Position numbers and translations under genes: made by a program. From an uncultured Planctomycetaceae bacterium (GTDB taxonomy: Bacteria; Planctomycetota; Planctomycetia; Isosphaerales; Isosphaeraceae): a stretch of DNA of 64,000 nucleotides. The notes under the pieces were generated by a model. The model did no database searches and was not told where the DNA came from. It saw only the letters and a program-made list of their open reading frames with translations. Within the stretch, counting starts at the first letter, position 1. Each line of letters opens with the position of its first letter. The DNA is taken from positions 352,001-416,000 of the forward strand of contig CAWIAD010000002.1 in assembly GCA_963833985.1 (NCBI GenBank), in the 5' to 3' direction. Of the stretch, positions 50,131 to 61,318 are shown piece by piece.

Positions 50131-52914
50131 CTACCGGTCTGCCGTCCCTGGCCTGCGAGGCGATCCCCGCGTTTTCAGGACGTACCAGTGCGTGCCCCGA
50201 CCAGAAGGCAGGCGAATGAAGAGAGACCCGTTTTGCAAAGCCGGCGTGCTCCGGCTTACGATCTTGCCGTCCGGGCCGAGCGCCAGGAGCTCCAGGGCCT
50301 CCGTACTCGTGTGCAGCTCGATGGTGCCGGTCACGGGCTCGGTGAGGAACGGCAGATGCTCAGGCGGTCGACCGGGCAAGAGCCGGCCCCTGTCGGTGGC
50401 CGGGCTTGGCCGAGCCTGGCCGATTGCGGTGATGAGGATGAACTGCGATGAGGCAAGCGGCAGGTCGTCGATGCTCGTGAGCGCCACGGCCGCCTTGCTG
50501 GTCGCGAAGGTGAAGGTGGCATCTTTCAAACGGATTGACTTGCCGCCAATCCAACCGCACGCCGCCTGGGTCCGTGGAGTGTCGATTGTCTGGAGCCCCG
50601 CAGTCCAGGAGCGGGTCAGCTCGCCCGTATCGGACTGCACGGACGACTGTCCAGCGGGAATGAAGTCATGGTTCGGGTCGGTCACAGCCACGACGTCTCC
50701 CGGGATCTCGGCGGGCCTCAGCCAGGGAAGCTCCTTGACCGCGGGCATGCCGATCGTCACATGGCTTTGCTCCAGCAGGGTGCGCAGGGTGGCCGTCCCT
50801 TCCTCGGGAGAGAGCATCGTCTCGAAGAGCTGCTGGGGCGAGAGCTTCAAGCAGTAAGCCTTGCGGGCCGGGCTGATGTGGCCCCGGCGAAAGGCGATCG
50901 CGGCCGCTGGCATCAGACCCGAGATTGCAGGATCATTAAAAGTCGACCACTTGTTGATCTGGTGGCGGCCGTCCTCGGGCCCGGGGCGTTGCAGCTCGAC
51001 CTGCGAGTAATTGTAGATCATGGGGGCGTCCCAGCCCTGAAGCGCGGCGATGCTGGCCACGTAAAGGGGGGCGATGAAGCGGTCGGGCTCGGGGTATGGG
51101 ACGTTCCACTCGGTGATGACCAGCGGTTTGCCCTGCACGTGGGCCGACGCTGCCCAGGTGAGGAAGTTGGCCACATATCGAGGATTGGCACTGAGGGCCT
51201 CGGACGTGCCGTAGGCGTGCACGTCGACCACGTCGCCGTCGGTGAGCGAGGGAACCGAGTAGAGCGCGTTCGACCCCCAGAGGTTGGTCGTGGCGATCAT
51301 GGATCTGAGCCCGTCGGCCCGCAGCGCGTCGATCATGGTGCTGTTGAACCGATGCTCCATCTCGGCCAGCAGGTACTTGCTCGGGCCAGGTTCCCAGGAG
51401 CGCCAGATCTTGCTGACGGGCAGTCCGGTGCTCCTGGCGAACGCCTCCATGGACCGGTCGTAGATCGCCTTGTGCACGGGGTTGTTATGATTCTCCAGGA
51501 ACGACAGGCCATAGTGAAAGCTCAGGTCGTTTTCGTTGGTGATCAGTACGCCGACAACCGCGGGATCGCGGTTGTACGCAAGCCCCGTGTACCTGTTAAC
51601 GTGCGTGAGGTACTGATGCTGAAATTCCTTCATGAGGGCGATGAGCTGTGAGTTGACGTAGTTGAAGCCCCAGAAGATACCCTTGGCCCGCGCGATCTCA
51701 CTGGCGCCCTGGGTCACGCCGTCGCCGGGCTTGAGCTCGCGGAGATAGTGCATGTCCAGCCAGACGTAGACGCCTTCGTCCTTCAGACACCGGATCCAGT
51801 AATCCATGGCGTCGAGCGATTTCCTGTCGAGATGCCGGGTGTCGCGCGTGTCACGGCCGAAGATGTTGGGGTTCACCCAGTTCGAATCGTGCTGGACGAT
51901 CCGCACCAGGTTGTAACCCAGCTGCGCGATCCGCCGCGCCTGCCGCGCGACGTTCTCGCGAGGAGTATTGAAGAGCACCGGACCGGACAGATTCGTGCCC
52001 CAGAACCGCACCGGCGTGCCGTCGTCGAAGACGAGGCTCTCTCCCTGGGGCTTTACGAACCCATGCTTGCCCGCGGGCCGGTCGCCGGCATTCAGGAACG
52101 ACAGGTCCACCGGCGACACATCCCAGGCCAGCGCGTCCTTGAACCAGGTCGGACCGGGCAAGGCGTAGCGCTCGCCGAACGTCGCGCGAATACGTGCGCC
52201 CTCGGGCAAGGTCACTCTCAGCCCGATGTGATCTCGACCGGGCCGGATGCGATCGCCGACATAACCGGTGCGGACTTCCTCTTTCTTGTCCTGATCGAAC
52301 AGGAGCTGTGCCAGGGGCCTGTCAAAGTGGACCATGAGCTGCTGGTCGGGAGCCACCTTCCAGCGCCAGCCGGTCCGGTCCAGGAGCAGCTTCGGTTCCT
52401 CGGCCTGGCCGCCGAATGAGGGGGAATCGGGCAGCAGCGTCCAGCTCATGCCTCCGCCGCCGATGCCGGAGTGCTCCTGGCTAGCCGTCACATCGAGATC
52501 GATGCGCAGCTCATGCGGCGAGATCGGCCGGGCCGAACCCCGCAGCTCGAGACCCAGGCTGGGGACTGCGCCGGTGAGCTCGACCCGGTCGCTGCGCCGC
52601 GGGCCAGCCCTGAACCGGACGTCAGCGGGTCTTCCTGCCTGGCCCCAGAAGCGGGTGAAACCCTTCGCCACCTGAACGCCCCGGTGACTGATGAGGATCA
52701 CCCCGACGTCAGGAATCGAGAGCGTCCACTCGGCATCGCCCGGATCCACGGCGAAGCTACTGCCGGCGGCCGCGTCAGAGCTTTGACCCTGCTTCACCTC
52801 CTGAGCCGGAGCAAGGGCCGACAGCCAGACATGACACAGGGCGAGCGTGCTGAGCAGGGCCAAGATTGAGCGGATTGGCGGTCTCATTCGGGAGGGTCCT
52901 GGTGTCGGACTCAT
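50131..52914 (-). CDS. Secreted clan GH-A (GH5-like) glycoside hydrolase
   Basis: Signal peptide; PAGKHGFV, RFWGTNL, GYNLVR, ITNEND (acid/base), VITEWN (nucleophile). Confidence 0.75.
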   Translation of the reverse strand: MSPTPGPSRMRPPIRSILALLSTLALCHVWLSALAPAQEVKQGQSSDAAAGSSFAVDPGDAEWTLSIPDVGVILISHRGVQVAKGFTRFWGQAGRPADVRFRAGPRRSDRVELTGAVPSLGLELRGSARPISPHELRIDLDVTASQEHSGIGGGGMSWTLLPDSPSFGGQAEEPKLLLDRTGWRWKVAPDQQLMVHFDRPLAQLLFDQDKKEEVRTGYVGDRIRPGRDHIGLRVTLPEGARIRATFGERYALPGPTWFKDALAWDVSPVDLSFLNAGDRPAGKHGFVKPQGESLVFDDGTPVRFWGTNLSGPVLFNTPRENVARQARRIAQLGYNLVRIVQHDSNWVNPNIFGRDTRDTRHLDRKSLDAMDYWIRCLKDEGVYVWLDMHYLRELKPGDGVTQGASEIARAKGIFWGFNYVNSQLIALMKEFQHQYLTHVNRYTGLAYNRDPAVVGVLITNENDLSFHYGLSFLENHNNPVHKAIYDRSMEAFARSTGLPVSKIWRSWEPGPSKYLLAEMEHRFNSTMIDALRADGLRSMIATTNLWGSNALYSVPSLTDGDVVDVHAYGTSEALSANPRYVANFLTWAASAHVQGKPLVITEWNVPYPEPDRFIAPLYVASIAALQGWDAPMIYNYSQVELQRPGPEDGRHQINKWSTFNDPAISGLMPAAAIAFRRGHISPARKAYCLKLSPQQLFETMLSPEEGTATLRTLLEQSHVTIGMPAVKELPWLRPAEIPGDVVAVTDPNHDFIPAGQSSVQSDTGELTRSWTAGLQTIDTPRTQAACGWIGGKSIRLKDATFTFATSKAAVALTSIDDLPLASSQFILITAIGQARPSPATDRGRLLPGRPPEHLPFLTEPVTGTIELHTSTEALELLALGPDGKIVSRSTPALQNGSLFIRLPSGRGTHWYVLKTRGSPRRPGTADR

Positions 52915-53129
52915 GTCGAGTTGCGGAGATCAAGGCGTGCAGGAGTCATGGTCGCATATGGCCCGCGACCGGCACAAGCCGGGGAGGGCCGCGACACGGC
53001 TGTCTGGCACTCTGAACGGGGCTGGCTGGGGTCCGGGCAGCGCGTGGGATCGCAAGCGGCGGGCGTGAAGCTCTGGGAATGGACAAGGTTTTGCCGCGCA
53101 CAGGCGCTCGAGGCGCAGCCGCCTGGCCA

Positions 53130-54473
53130 TCAAGCCCTGGCCAGTGCTTCAACCAGCCTGTCATTGGCGGTCTGCCAGCGGTACTGAGCCGCGATGCCGC
53201 GACCGAAATCAACGCGGCGACTGCATTCCTCGGGGTGGTCCAGCAGATCGCGCAGGGTGGCCGTGATGGCGTCCTGGCTTTCGGGATTGAAGTACCAGCC
53301 GGCAGCGCCGCCGATCTCCGGCAGCGCTGTGGAATCGGCCAGTGCAGCCGGTATCCCCTGTGCCATGGCCTCGACGACCGGGATGCCAAAGCTCTCGCAG
53401 AGCGAGGGGAAAACCAGGGCGGTGGCCTCGGCGTAGGCCGCGCGCAGGACCTTGCCCTGGCGATAGCCGGGCATGCGGACGATCGCCTTCCGGCCCAGCC
53501 GGGCGATCGCCTCGCGAAGCTGCCGAGCCTCGTCCTCGGCGCCGGTTCCCAGCAACACGAGTGCCAGGTCCCCAGCGCCGACTTCCGGCAGCGCGGCCGC
53601 GGCGTGAATCAGCCGCAGCAGGTTCTTGCGAGGTTGAAAATTGGCGACCGAGAGCAGATACGGCACCTGGGGTGGCAACGCCAGATCATCACGGACACGC
53701 GCGCGCTCACGGGCGCTGGCGGGCTCGAAGAAGAGGTCCTCGGCGCCGTTGGGAACGTGGGCCACGCGTCCATGGCAGCGGGGAAACGCCTCCACGAGCT
53801 GCCGGGTGTTGAATTGCGAGACGGAAAGGATCAGGTCCGCCTGACCAAACGCGGAAGCCAGCAAGTCGCGATTCTTGGGAGGCTGGAAACGCAGGTGCTG
53901 CAACACGTCATGGCTGGTGACGGCCCGGCGCATGCCGCGCGCGGGGACGGAGTACTCTGCCGGACAGTAAAGCCAGTCGGCCTGCCCGGCCAGCCATTCC
54001 ACAGGCGGCCAGGGCTTGAGGCGCCACCACCTCAGCAGGTCGCGCGTGCGTACCGGCAGCTCGCGGCGCGACAGCTGGTCCAGCGACTCCCAGTAGGCCA
54101 GCCCGTCGGGATGCGTGATCCGGCCGGAGATCAGGCGGAGCGCGATATCGCTGCGGCGGGACAGCCGCTCGAGCTGGGCCAGGGCATGCCGGGTGACACC
54201 GGTCGGCCCGTGGCAGGCGTCCATGTCGTACAGCATGATGATCCGCAGAGGCGCCGGCGGTGCCTTCCCTTCAGAGTCACGGGTGGCAGCCGGTTCGCTC
54301 TGGGGACTCGTCATACCTGGTCCGGTGGCGGCATCGTCGCGGTTGGACGGGGCGGAGATGTGGTGTTCCGCGCCATTGCGGGAAGGCGCTGGCCTGGGAA
54401 CATTCAGACTCTCGACGCGGGCGGCCGGTACGACCAGGGTCCCAGGCGATGGATCGGGCTCGCGTTGCGGCAT
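53130..54473 (-). CDS. Glycosyltransferase family 4
   Basis: PRKNLLRL, VFPSLCESFGIPVVEAMAQG. Start is uncertain; low-complexity N-terminus. Confidence 0.9.
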   Translation of the reverse strand: MPQREPDPSPGTLVVPAARVESLNVPRPAPSRNGAEHHISAPSNRDDAATGPGMTSPQSEPAATRDSEGKAPPAPLRIIMLYDMDACHGPTGVTRHALAQLERLSRRSDIALRLISGRITHPDGLAYWESLDQLSRRELPVRTRDLLRWWRLKPWPPVEWLAGQADWLYCPAEYSVPARGMRRAVTSHDVLQHLRFQPPKNRDLLASAFGQADLILSVSQFNTRQLVEAFPRCHGRVAHVPNGAEDLFFEPASARERARVRDDLALPPQVPYLLSVANFQPRKNLLRLIHAAAALPEVGAGDLALVLLGTGAEDEARQLREAIARLGRKAIVRMPGYRQGKVLRAAYAEATALVFPSLCESFGIPVVEAMAQGIPAALADSTALPEIGGAAGWYFNPESQDAITATLRDLLDHPEECSRRVDFGRGIAAQYRWQTANDRLVEALARA

Positions 54474-54859
54474 CCTACCCCCAGGGCTCTTCTCTCCTCG
54501 GGCTGCGACAGTGCCGCCTTTGCTTCCTGCCCGGATGGAAGGGCTGCGTCGTCTGCCACCGTGTTCCGGTCGCTTTCGATCCAGTGACAAATCCCGATCC
54601 TAGGTCCAGTTCGCCAGACTGTCAATTGCAGCACAGGGTGGAGCGCTCTTGCGGCCCGATCCGTGCATGGCTTCTCTCTCGTGGGTGCATTGCGCAGGTG
54701 CGTCATTCTGCCTCTGGAAAACGTGGCTGCGTCCGACCGATCAAGCCATTCGTGCCGTCAAAGGAAATATTGCGGTCGCAGCATTTTTGCTTGACTCATC
54801 GTCGGGGTCGCTAGCAGCATGGAAATGTGACATCTGCGACCACGTCCGGGAGGTGAGCA

Positions 54860-55360
54860 ATGCTGGACACCATGCTGGATCAGTACAGCAAGGCCGTCGA
54901 ATCGACTTTGAAGCTTCAGCAGGAGATGCTCCGCAAGTGGACCGATGAGCTGGCGCCAACGACATCCGCGCCGGTAACTCCCGCTTCGCCGCCGGCGGGG
55001 CCAGCCGCCAGCGCAAGTGCGACCCTCCAGCCGATGGCGGCCTTGCACGAGCAACTCCAGGCCGCGCGGCAGAAGTGGGAAGAGGCCATTACCGAGATGC
55101 TCAACCGGCACCGTGAGACTCTGGACGAGCAGTACCGGGCCGGCATCCGCATCCTGGAAGACGCGTTCCGACTCGCCAAAGCGACAGACCACGAGGAGTT
55201 TCGCCGACTCAGCGAAGAACTCTGGCGGCGCAGCGTTGCAACCCTGGAGACGGCGGTCTCGTCGCAGGTGCACGACGCTCAGGCGACGTTCCAGAAATGG
55301 ATGGAAGTTACGGCAACGGGAATGAAGGAGTCGATGGAACAATTCCACGATAAGAGCTAA
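54860..55360 (+). CDS. Helical hypothetical protein (phasin-like composition)
   Basis: GGAGG RBS; amphipathic Q/E/A-rich helices with a Pro/Ala linker. Confidence 0.65.
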   Translation: MLDTMLDQYSKAVESTLKLQQEMLRKWTDELAPTTSAPVTPASPPAGPAASASATLQPMAALHEQLQAARQKWEEAITEMLNRHRETLDEQYRAGIRILEDAFRLAKATDHEEFRRLSEELWRRSVATLETAVSSQVHDAQATFQKWMEVTATGMKESMEQFHDKS

Positions 55361-55526
55361 TCGCGGAGCACTCCGGCAACCGAACCGGATAAGGGGGAAT
55401 CGCCTCACGTCTCGAGGCGGGCCGTCCCGCGCGGGCTCCCGGTCAGGGTCTCCGGTGCTGCCTGAAGACTGTACCGGAGCACGGCGTCCTGGTTACAAAC
55501 ATGCAGGCCTTTGCATGATGAGAACC

Positions 55527-57139
55527 ATGATGATGAAGTCCGACCAGATGGACAGGGAACACCCGGAGCCCCGCTTGCGACTGCGCTGGCTTCCATGGTT
55601 GCTGATCTCCGGCGTCATGCTGGTACCCGGAGGTGAATTCGCCAGGGCGGCCGGCGCCGGGTCACCGGGGCAGCGCGGCAGCCTTTTCTCCGCCGAAGAA
55701 CGCGCCACGCTGATGCAGTACGCCCGGGATACCTGGCGCGGCTTTGACCGGCTGCTGTTACCCAGCAGCCTGCCGGCCGACGGCCTGCGACGCAATGGCG
55801 ACGGCTGGTCCGCCCCCTGGATGCAGACCTCGCCAACGAATATTGCCGCCTACCTGTGGAGTGTCCTCGCCGCCGAGCGTCTTCATCTGATCAGCGCAGC
55901 GGAGGCCCGCCTGCGGCTTGACCGGACGCTCTTGACCCTGGCCCGGATGGAGCGCCTGCACGGGTTCTTCGTGAACGAGCTCGACCCGCGTACCGGTGCC
56001 ATCTTGAAACTCTCCGCATTCGACTCCAGGCCGCCCCGGCTACGCATCTCGGCCATCGATAACGCCTGGCTTGCGGTCGCGCTGACGATGGTTGCCAACA
56101 CCCAGCCATCGCTTCGAGACCGCGCCGGAAGCTTCTGGAACCAATGGATTTCCGCTTCTTTTACGATGCCTATGACGTGGCGGATCCGGTCGGGCATCCC
56201 GGCCAGTTGCACGTGGGCTTCCGGCCCCGCGAGAAGGTCTACTACGGCCATTACGGGTTGCTCAACACCGAGGCGCGGATTGCCAGTTACCTTTCGATTG
56301 CGCACGGCCAGCTTCCGCCCGAGCATTACTACCGGCTCTACCGGACCCTTCCCGAGGGGCTGGCTGCGCAGACTCAGAAACCGCGGGGCGAGATCCGCAA
56401 GTACCGGGGAATCTCGGTCTTCGAGGGCCATTACGACCATCTCGGCGCGCACCTGGTCCCAAGCTGGGGGGGAAGCATGTTCGAGGCCCTGATGGTCACG
56501 CTCTTCGTACCCGAAGATCTGTGGGCGCCCCGGAGCTGGGGAATGAACCACCCACTGTACGTGCAGGCTCAAATCAAGCACGGGGTGCAGGAAACGGGCT
56601 ACCGATATTGGGGGTTCTCACCGGCCGCCAGCCCCAGAGGCGGTTACCAGGTCTACGGCGTGAAGGCCCTGGGCACGTACAGCCAGGGCTACTTCTCGCA
56701 CGAGGTCGGCCCGCCCATCCTCACGCCGGTGGGGTCGCGTCCCAGCAATTCGTTGCACGTGGTCGTCACTCCGCACGCCTCTTTCCTGGCCCTGCGGTAT
56801 GCCCCGCACGAGGCGGTCGCCAACCTCCGCGCTCTCGCCGTCGCCTTCCCGATCTACAGCACGCTGGGCTTCCAGGATTCTGTCGACGTCTCGGTGGGCG
56901 TTGTGGCCGGCTGCATCCTGACTCTCGACCAGGGAATGACCATGGCGGCAATCGCCAATGCGCTGGCCGACGATGCCTTGCAGCACGCCTTTTGCGATGG
57001 CGCCGTCGAGCAGAGTATCCGCCCGCTCATTGCTGCCGAGGAGTTTTCCGCCGGGCCCCCCAGAGAACTTGCGAACGTGCAGCAACAGCCGTTGCACGAA
57101 GACCATCAGCCCGAGGTGAAGAGCAGCTCCGCACGCTGA
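55527..57139 (+). CDS. Glucoamylase/DUF3131-like (beta-1,2-glucan-active) glycoside hydrolase, frameshift near 56130
   Basis: YARDTW..F, TSPTNI, SAIDNAWL, EARIASY, SWGGSMFEALM, WGFS, VVTPHASFLAL, LDQGM. Start is approximate. Confidence 0.8.
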
Positions 57140-57277
57140 CGGGCGAGGCTCCCAGGGCTGGCCTGAAAACGCGCACATCCCGGCGATCACGCCGGCAGCC
57201 CGGCCCTCTCCGTGAGCTCGTGAAAGGATCGAGCGGTCCCGGCTGCTCATCCGGGTCGTCTGTGCGAGGCAAGACCG

Positions 57278-58651
57278 ATGACGTCGAAATCGCTACCCAG
57301 AGTGTTCATCGTTGGCGGAGGCTTTGCCGGGCTGGCGGCGGCGCGGTCGCTGGCGGCGGCCCCGGTCGAGCTCACCGTCGTCGACCGCCGCAATCATCAC
57401 GTCTTCCAGCCGCTCCTCTACCAGGTTGCCACGGCCTCGCTCTCGCCGGCGGAGATCTCCGCGCCGATCCGGAAGATACTCCGCGGTCAGAAGAACTGCC
57501 AGGTCGCGATGGCCGAGATCCTGGGAGTGGATACGGCGCATCAGCACCTGATGGTCCCCGGCGGCCGCTTTCGCTACGACTACCTCATTCTTGCCGCAGG
57601 CGCCACGCACGCCTATTTCGGCCATGAGGAATGGGCTGCGCTCGCGCCAGGGCTGAAGAGCATCGAAGACGCGACCACGCTCCGCCGGCGCATTCTGCTG
57701 GCGTTCGAGTCGGCCGAATACGAGGGCAACGACGAGGCACGGCAGGCGGCCTTGACTTTTGGGATCGTCGGCGGCGGCCCGACCGGCGTCGAGCTCGCCG
57801 GGGCAATCAAGGAGATCGCCGGACAGACCATCCCCAAGGACTACAAGTACATCGACACGCGGACGACGCGGGTGATCATCTTCGAGGGCGGCGACCGCCT
57901 GCTGGGCCAGTTCCCGCCCGAGCTCAGCGCGCGGGCCCAGCGCGACCTCGAGCGCATGGGCGTGGAGGTGCATCTGGACACCCGCGTGACCGACGTCACG
58001 CCTCACGGAGTCATGGTCGGCGGCCAGTTCATCCCGGTGCGCAACGTGTTCTGGGCTGCCGGCGTGAAGGCCAGTCCGCTGGCGCAGACGCTCGGCGTTC
58101 CACTCGATCGCGCCGGGCGGGTCATCGTGGGCCCCGACCTGACGATTCCCGGCCACCCCGAGGTCTTCATCACAGGCGACCTGGCAGCCGCGAACTCGGC
58201 CGATACCGGCAAGCCCGTCCCCGGCGTGGCCCAGGGGGCCATCCAGATGGGACGTTACGCGGGCAAGATCATCGCGCGTGCGGTCGAAGGCAGGTCGACG
58301 GCTGCGGACCGTCCACCGTTCGTGTACCGCGACAAGGGCTCGATGGCCGTCATCGGCAAGGCCAAGGCCGTCGCACAGCTCGGCAGGCTGAAGCTCGGCG
58401 GCTTTCCCGCCTGGCTGCTCTGGGGCGGTGTTCACATCGCGTTCCTGATCGGGTTCCGCAACCGCATCCAGGTCCTTCTGAGCTGGTTCTGGAACTGGCT
58501 GCTGAACGCCCGCGACGCGCGCCTGATCACCGGAGAGGCTCACATCGACGTGAGGGTCCCGCGCCCGCCGGAGTTCATTCCGGACCCGGTGGCGCGCCCG
58601 GCTCCCGCAGCAGCCACTGACGCGGACGGTGCGAACACGGAATCTCGATGA
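57278..58651 (+). CDS. ndh: Type II NADH dehydrogenase
   Basis: GGGFAG, FQPLLYQVAT, GGGPTGVELAG, WAAGV, GD, AQGAIQMG. Confidence 0.92.
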   Translation: MTSKSLPRVFIVGGGFAGLAAARSLAAAPVELTVVDRRNHHVFQPLLYQVATASLSPAEISAPIRKILRGQKNCQVAMAEILGVDTAHQHLMVPGGRFRYDYLILAAGATHAYFGHEEWAALAPGLKSIEDATTLRRRILLAFESAEYEGNDEARQAALTFGIVGGGPTGVELAGAIKEIAGQTIPKDYKYIDTRTTRVIIFEGGDRLLGQFPPELSARAQRDLERMGVEVHLDTRVTDVTPHGVMVGGQFIPVRNVFWAAGVKASPLAQTLGVPLDRAGRVIVGPDLTIPGHPEVFITGDLAAANSADTGKPVPGVAQGAIQMGRYAGKIIARAVEGRSTAADRPPFVYRDKGSMAVIGKAKAVAQLGRLKLGGFPAWLLWGGVHIAFLIGFRNRIQVLLSWFWNWLLNARDARLITGEAHIDVRVPRPPEFIPDPVARPAPAAATDADGANTESR

Positions 58652-58752
58652 CGGTTACACCGAGACTCGATTTTTTCTTGAGGACTGGTGGCCGAAGCCC
58701 ACCGAAACGCATTTCTCCACGCATGCATTGTGATCGGGTCGAATCCCCAGGG

Positions 58753-58780
58753 TTGACAGGAATGCCGGGTACGTTAGACT
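58753..58780 (+). promoter_or_regulatory. Probable sigma70 promoter for rpsL-rpsG
   Basis: TTGACA-16 bp-TAGACT, about 255 bp upstream of rpsL. Confidence 0.55.
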
Positions 58781-59037
58781 GGTAGCTTCGCCACCGCAGC
58801 GACTGCGTGCGAATCATGACCGGTCGTGGCGGTCGGGAGCGATCCAGACGATCCTCCACGCCGGGTGGACGGCGGTGGATCGGATCGCTGCATACGCCCT
58901 GCGGCATCGCCGTGAGGGCCGTCTTCACATTGCCGGGAGTTTCCCTGTCGACAAGGGATGCCCGGGCGCGGAACCGGTCAGGGCCTGGAGCCCCGTATTT
59001 GATTCAGCGGCTCCGGGGTAAGGGAAACGACGGACTC

Positions 59038-59433
59038 ATGCCCACGATCAATCAGCTCGTTCGGAAGCCGCGCAGGCCTGTCCAGTACAAGACCAAGGCC
59101 CCGGTGCTGGAGTCTTGCCCGTTCAAGCGGGGGGTTTGCCTCCAGGTCAAGACGATGACCCCGAAGAAGCCCAATTCCGCACTGCGCAAGGTCGCCAGGG
59201 TACGGCTCTCCAATAGCAAGGAGATCACGGCCTACATCGGCGGTGAAGGGCATAACCTTCAGGAACACTCGATCGTCCTGGTACGGGGCGGTCGCGTGCG
59301 CGATTTGCCTGGCGTCCGCTATCATATCGTCCGCGGCGTGCTTGACTGCCAGGGCGTGGCCGACCGCAAGCAGGCGCGCTCGAAGTACGGCGCTCAGAAA
59401 AAGAAGGCAGCGGCCCCGGCAAAGAAGAAGTGA
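59038..59433 (+). CDS. rpsL: 30S ribosomal protein S12
   Basis: [32 protein letters not shown]. Confidence 0.99.
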   Translation: MPTINQLVRKPRRPVQYKTKAPVLESCPFKRGVCLQVKTMTPKKPNSALRKVARVRLSNSKEITAYIGGEGHNLQEHSIVLVRGGRVRDLPGVRYHIVRGVLDCQGVADRKQARSKYGAQKKKAAAPAKKK

Positions 59434-59494
59434 GCGGCACACCCGGATTACCGGAAGGAAACCTTTTCGATCACCTGCCCAGGGATAGATTTTT

Positions 59495-59968
59495 ATGGCC
59501 CGCAAGTTCACCGCCAGCAAGACCCACCTTCGTCCCGACCCGAGGTACGGCTCGAAGCTGGCCGGCAAGTTCATCAACTGCGTGATGCACAACGGCAAGA
59601 AGAGCGTGGCCCAGCGCATCTTCTACGATGCGATGGAGCTGATCCACAAGCGGCTGCCCAATGAAGAGCCGGTCGATGTGTTCACTCGCGCCGTCGAGAA
59701 CGTCAAGCCGATCATCGAGGTCCGCTCCAAGCGCGTCGGCGGGGCCACCTACCAGGTTCCCATGCAGGTGAACAAGACACGGCAGCAGACCCTGTCGATC
59801 CGCTGGTTGCTCATGGCGGCCCGCGAGAAAAAGGGCCGGCCCATGGCCGTGAAACTGGCGGACGAGCTGATCGCCGCGTACAACCGCGAAGGTGCCGCGA
59901 TCACTCGCCGTGAAAACGTGCACCGCATGGCCGACGCCAACAAGGCGTTCGCCCATTTCGCGTGGTGA
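59495..59968 (+). CDS. rpsG: 30S ribosomal protein S7
   Basis: [39 protein letters not shown]. Confidence 0.99.
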   Translation: MARKFTASKTHLRPDPRYGSKLAGKFINCVMHNGKKSVAQRIFYDAMELIHKRLPNEEPVDVFTRAVENVKPIIEVRSKRVGGATYQVPMQVNKTRQQTLSIRWLLMAAREKKGRPMAVKLADELIAAYNREGAAITRRENVHRMADANKAFAHFAW

Positions 59969-60016
59969 GATCCGGTCGCTCCGTCTGGTGGACTGCGCGC
60001 GACATCCAGGGCTTCC

Positions 60017-61318
60017 ATGCCCCAAGATCCGCTTCACGTACTCTGGGTTGAGCCCGAGTTCCCCGGCAGGCTCGGGGCCGTCGCCGACTGGCTCGTGCGG
60101 CATCGCGGGTATCGCTGCTGGTTCTATTGCCATGGCGCCGCTCCACGCGAACACTGGCCCCCCTCGGCGGGACACGGGCTCGAAGTGCAACTCTTCGGGG
60201 TCGGCGGCGTGGCTCGCGAGCCGGCAGTGGCCTGGACGCGTGCCCTCGAGCGTGGACTCTGCTACGCGTACGGCTGCTGGGAAGTCCTGGAAGCGCGCCG
60301 GCCGCGACCCATCGATCTGATCGTCGGACGCTCTGCCGGTCTCGGCTCTGCGCTCTTCACGCCCGTCCACGCGCCCGCTCCGCCATGCATCAACTTCTTT
60401 GATTACTACTATCACCCTCGCCAGAACGACCTGGCCCCCGAGATCGCCCCTGCCGCGCCACCCGGCTACGTGCACTGGAGAAGGTCGGCCAACGCCGTCG
60501 AACTTCTGGACCTGGAGCATTGCGACCAGGCGTGGACGCCCACGAACTGGCAGCGCCACCTGTTTCCGGCCGAGTATCGCGATGACCTCTGGGTTCAGCA
60601 TGACGGCATCGCCACGGAGACGGCGGGCGACCGCCAGATGCATGCGCGTCGATCGGTCCCTCGGACGCTCGCCGGCCGGAGCGTGCCCGAAGGCGTGACC
60701 CTCGTCAGTTTCGTGGCGCGGTCGCTCGACCGGCTCCGGGGCTTTGACCGGTTCTGGCACGCGTCCAACGCCTTACTCCGTGAGCGCTCCGACGTGGTGT
60801 TCGTGATCGTGGGCAATGCGATCGTGCAGCGCGGGCTTGATATCGAGTTTCACAACCGTGACTATCCGGCTCTGCTGCGCCTGAACGCCCCGCCGGTGGA
60901 CCCGGATCGATTCTGGTTCCTTGGCCAGACCACTCCTGATGTCGTCGCGGACGTCCTGGCCGCCAGCGATCTGCACCTGGCTCCTGGCCGGCCGTACCCG
61001 CTCTCGCGGTCGCTCCTGGAAGCGATGGGCGCAGGATGCATCGTTCTGGCCTCGGACACGGTGCCCCATCGCGAGGTCATCCGTCACGGACAGAACGGGC
61101 TGCTCGCCGATGAGGGCGATCCGGACGACCTTTTCCTCCAGCTTCGCAGCGTGCTGAACGACCTGCCGGCGCACCGAAGCCTGGCCAGCGCGGCTGCTGA
61201 ACTTGTCCGCAACCGTTATGCACGCGACGTCTGCCTGCCTGCCGTCGCGGACAGGTTCTGCACGCTGGCGGGCGCACGGCGCGGAGGTGATGGCCATGCA
61301 TGTGCTCTTCCTGCATGA
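60017..61318 (+). CDS. Glycosyltransferase family 4 (ExpC-like)
   Basis: PTNWQR..FP, HDGI, FVARSLDRLRGF, SRSLLEAMGAGC..LASDT. The 3' end may be frameshifted. Confidence 0.85.
   Translation: MPQDPLHVLWVEPEFPGRLGAVADWLVRHRGYRCWFYCHGAAPREHWPPSAGHGLEVQLFGVGGVAREPAVAWTRALERGLCYAYGCWEVLEARRPRPIDLIVGRSAGLGSALFTPVHAPAPPCINFFDYYYHPRQNDLAPEIAPAAPPGYVHWRRSANAVELLDLEHCDQAWTPTNWQRHLFPAEYRDDLWVQHDGIATETAGDRQMHARRSVPRTLAGRSVPEGVTLVSFVARSLDRLRGFDRFWHASNALLRERSDVVFVIVGNAIVQRGLDIEFHNRDYPALLRLNAPPVDPDRFWFLGQTTPDVVADVLAASDLHLAPGRPYPLSRSLLEAMGAGCIVLASDTVPHREVIRHGQNGLLADEGDPDDLFLQLRSVLNDLPAHRSLASAAAELVRNRYARDVCLPAVADRFCTLAGARRGGDGHACALPA

Noticed and set aside
13019..58543. Many long antisense or alternate-frame ORFs (e.g. 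13019-14536, 16104-17543, 37515-39050, 53079-54587, 57293-58543)
   Set aside because: These are shadow ORFs expected in high-GC coding DNA; they overlap well-supported genes and lack motifs.
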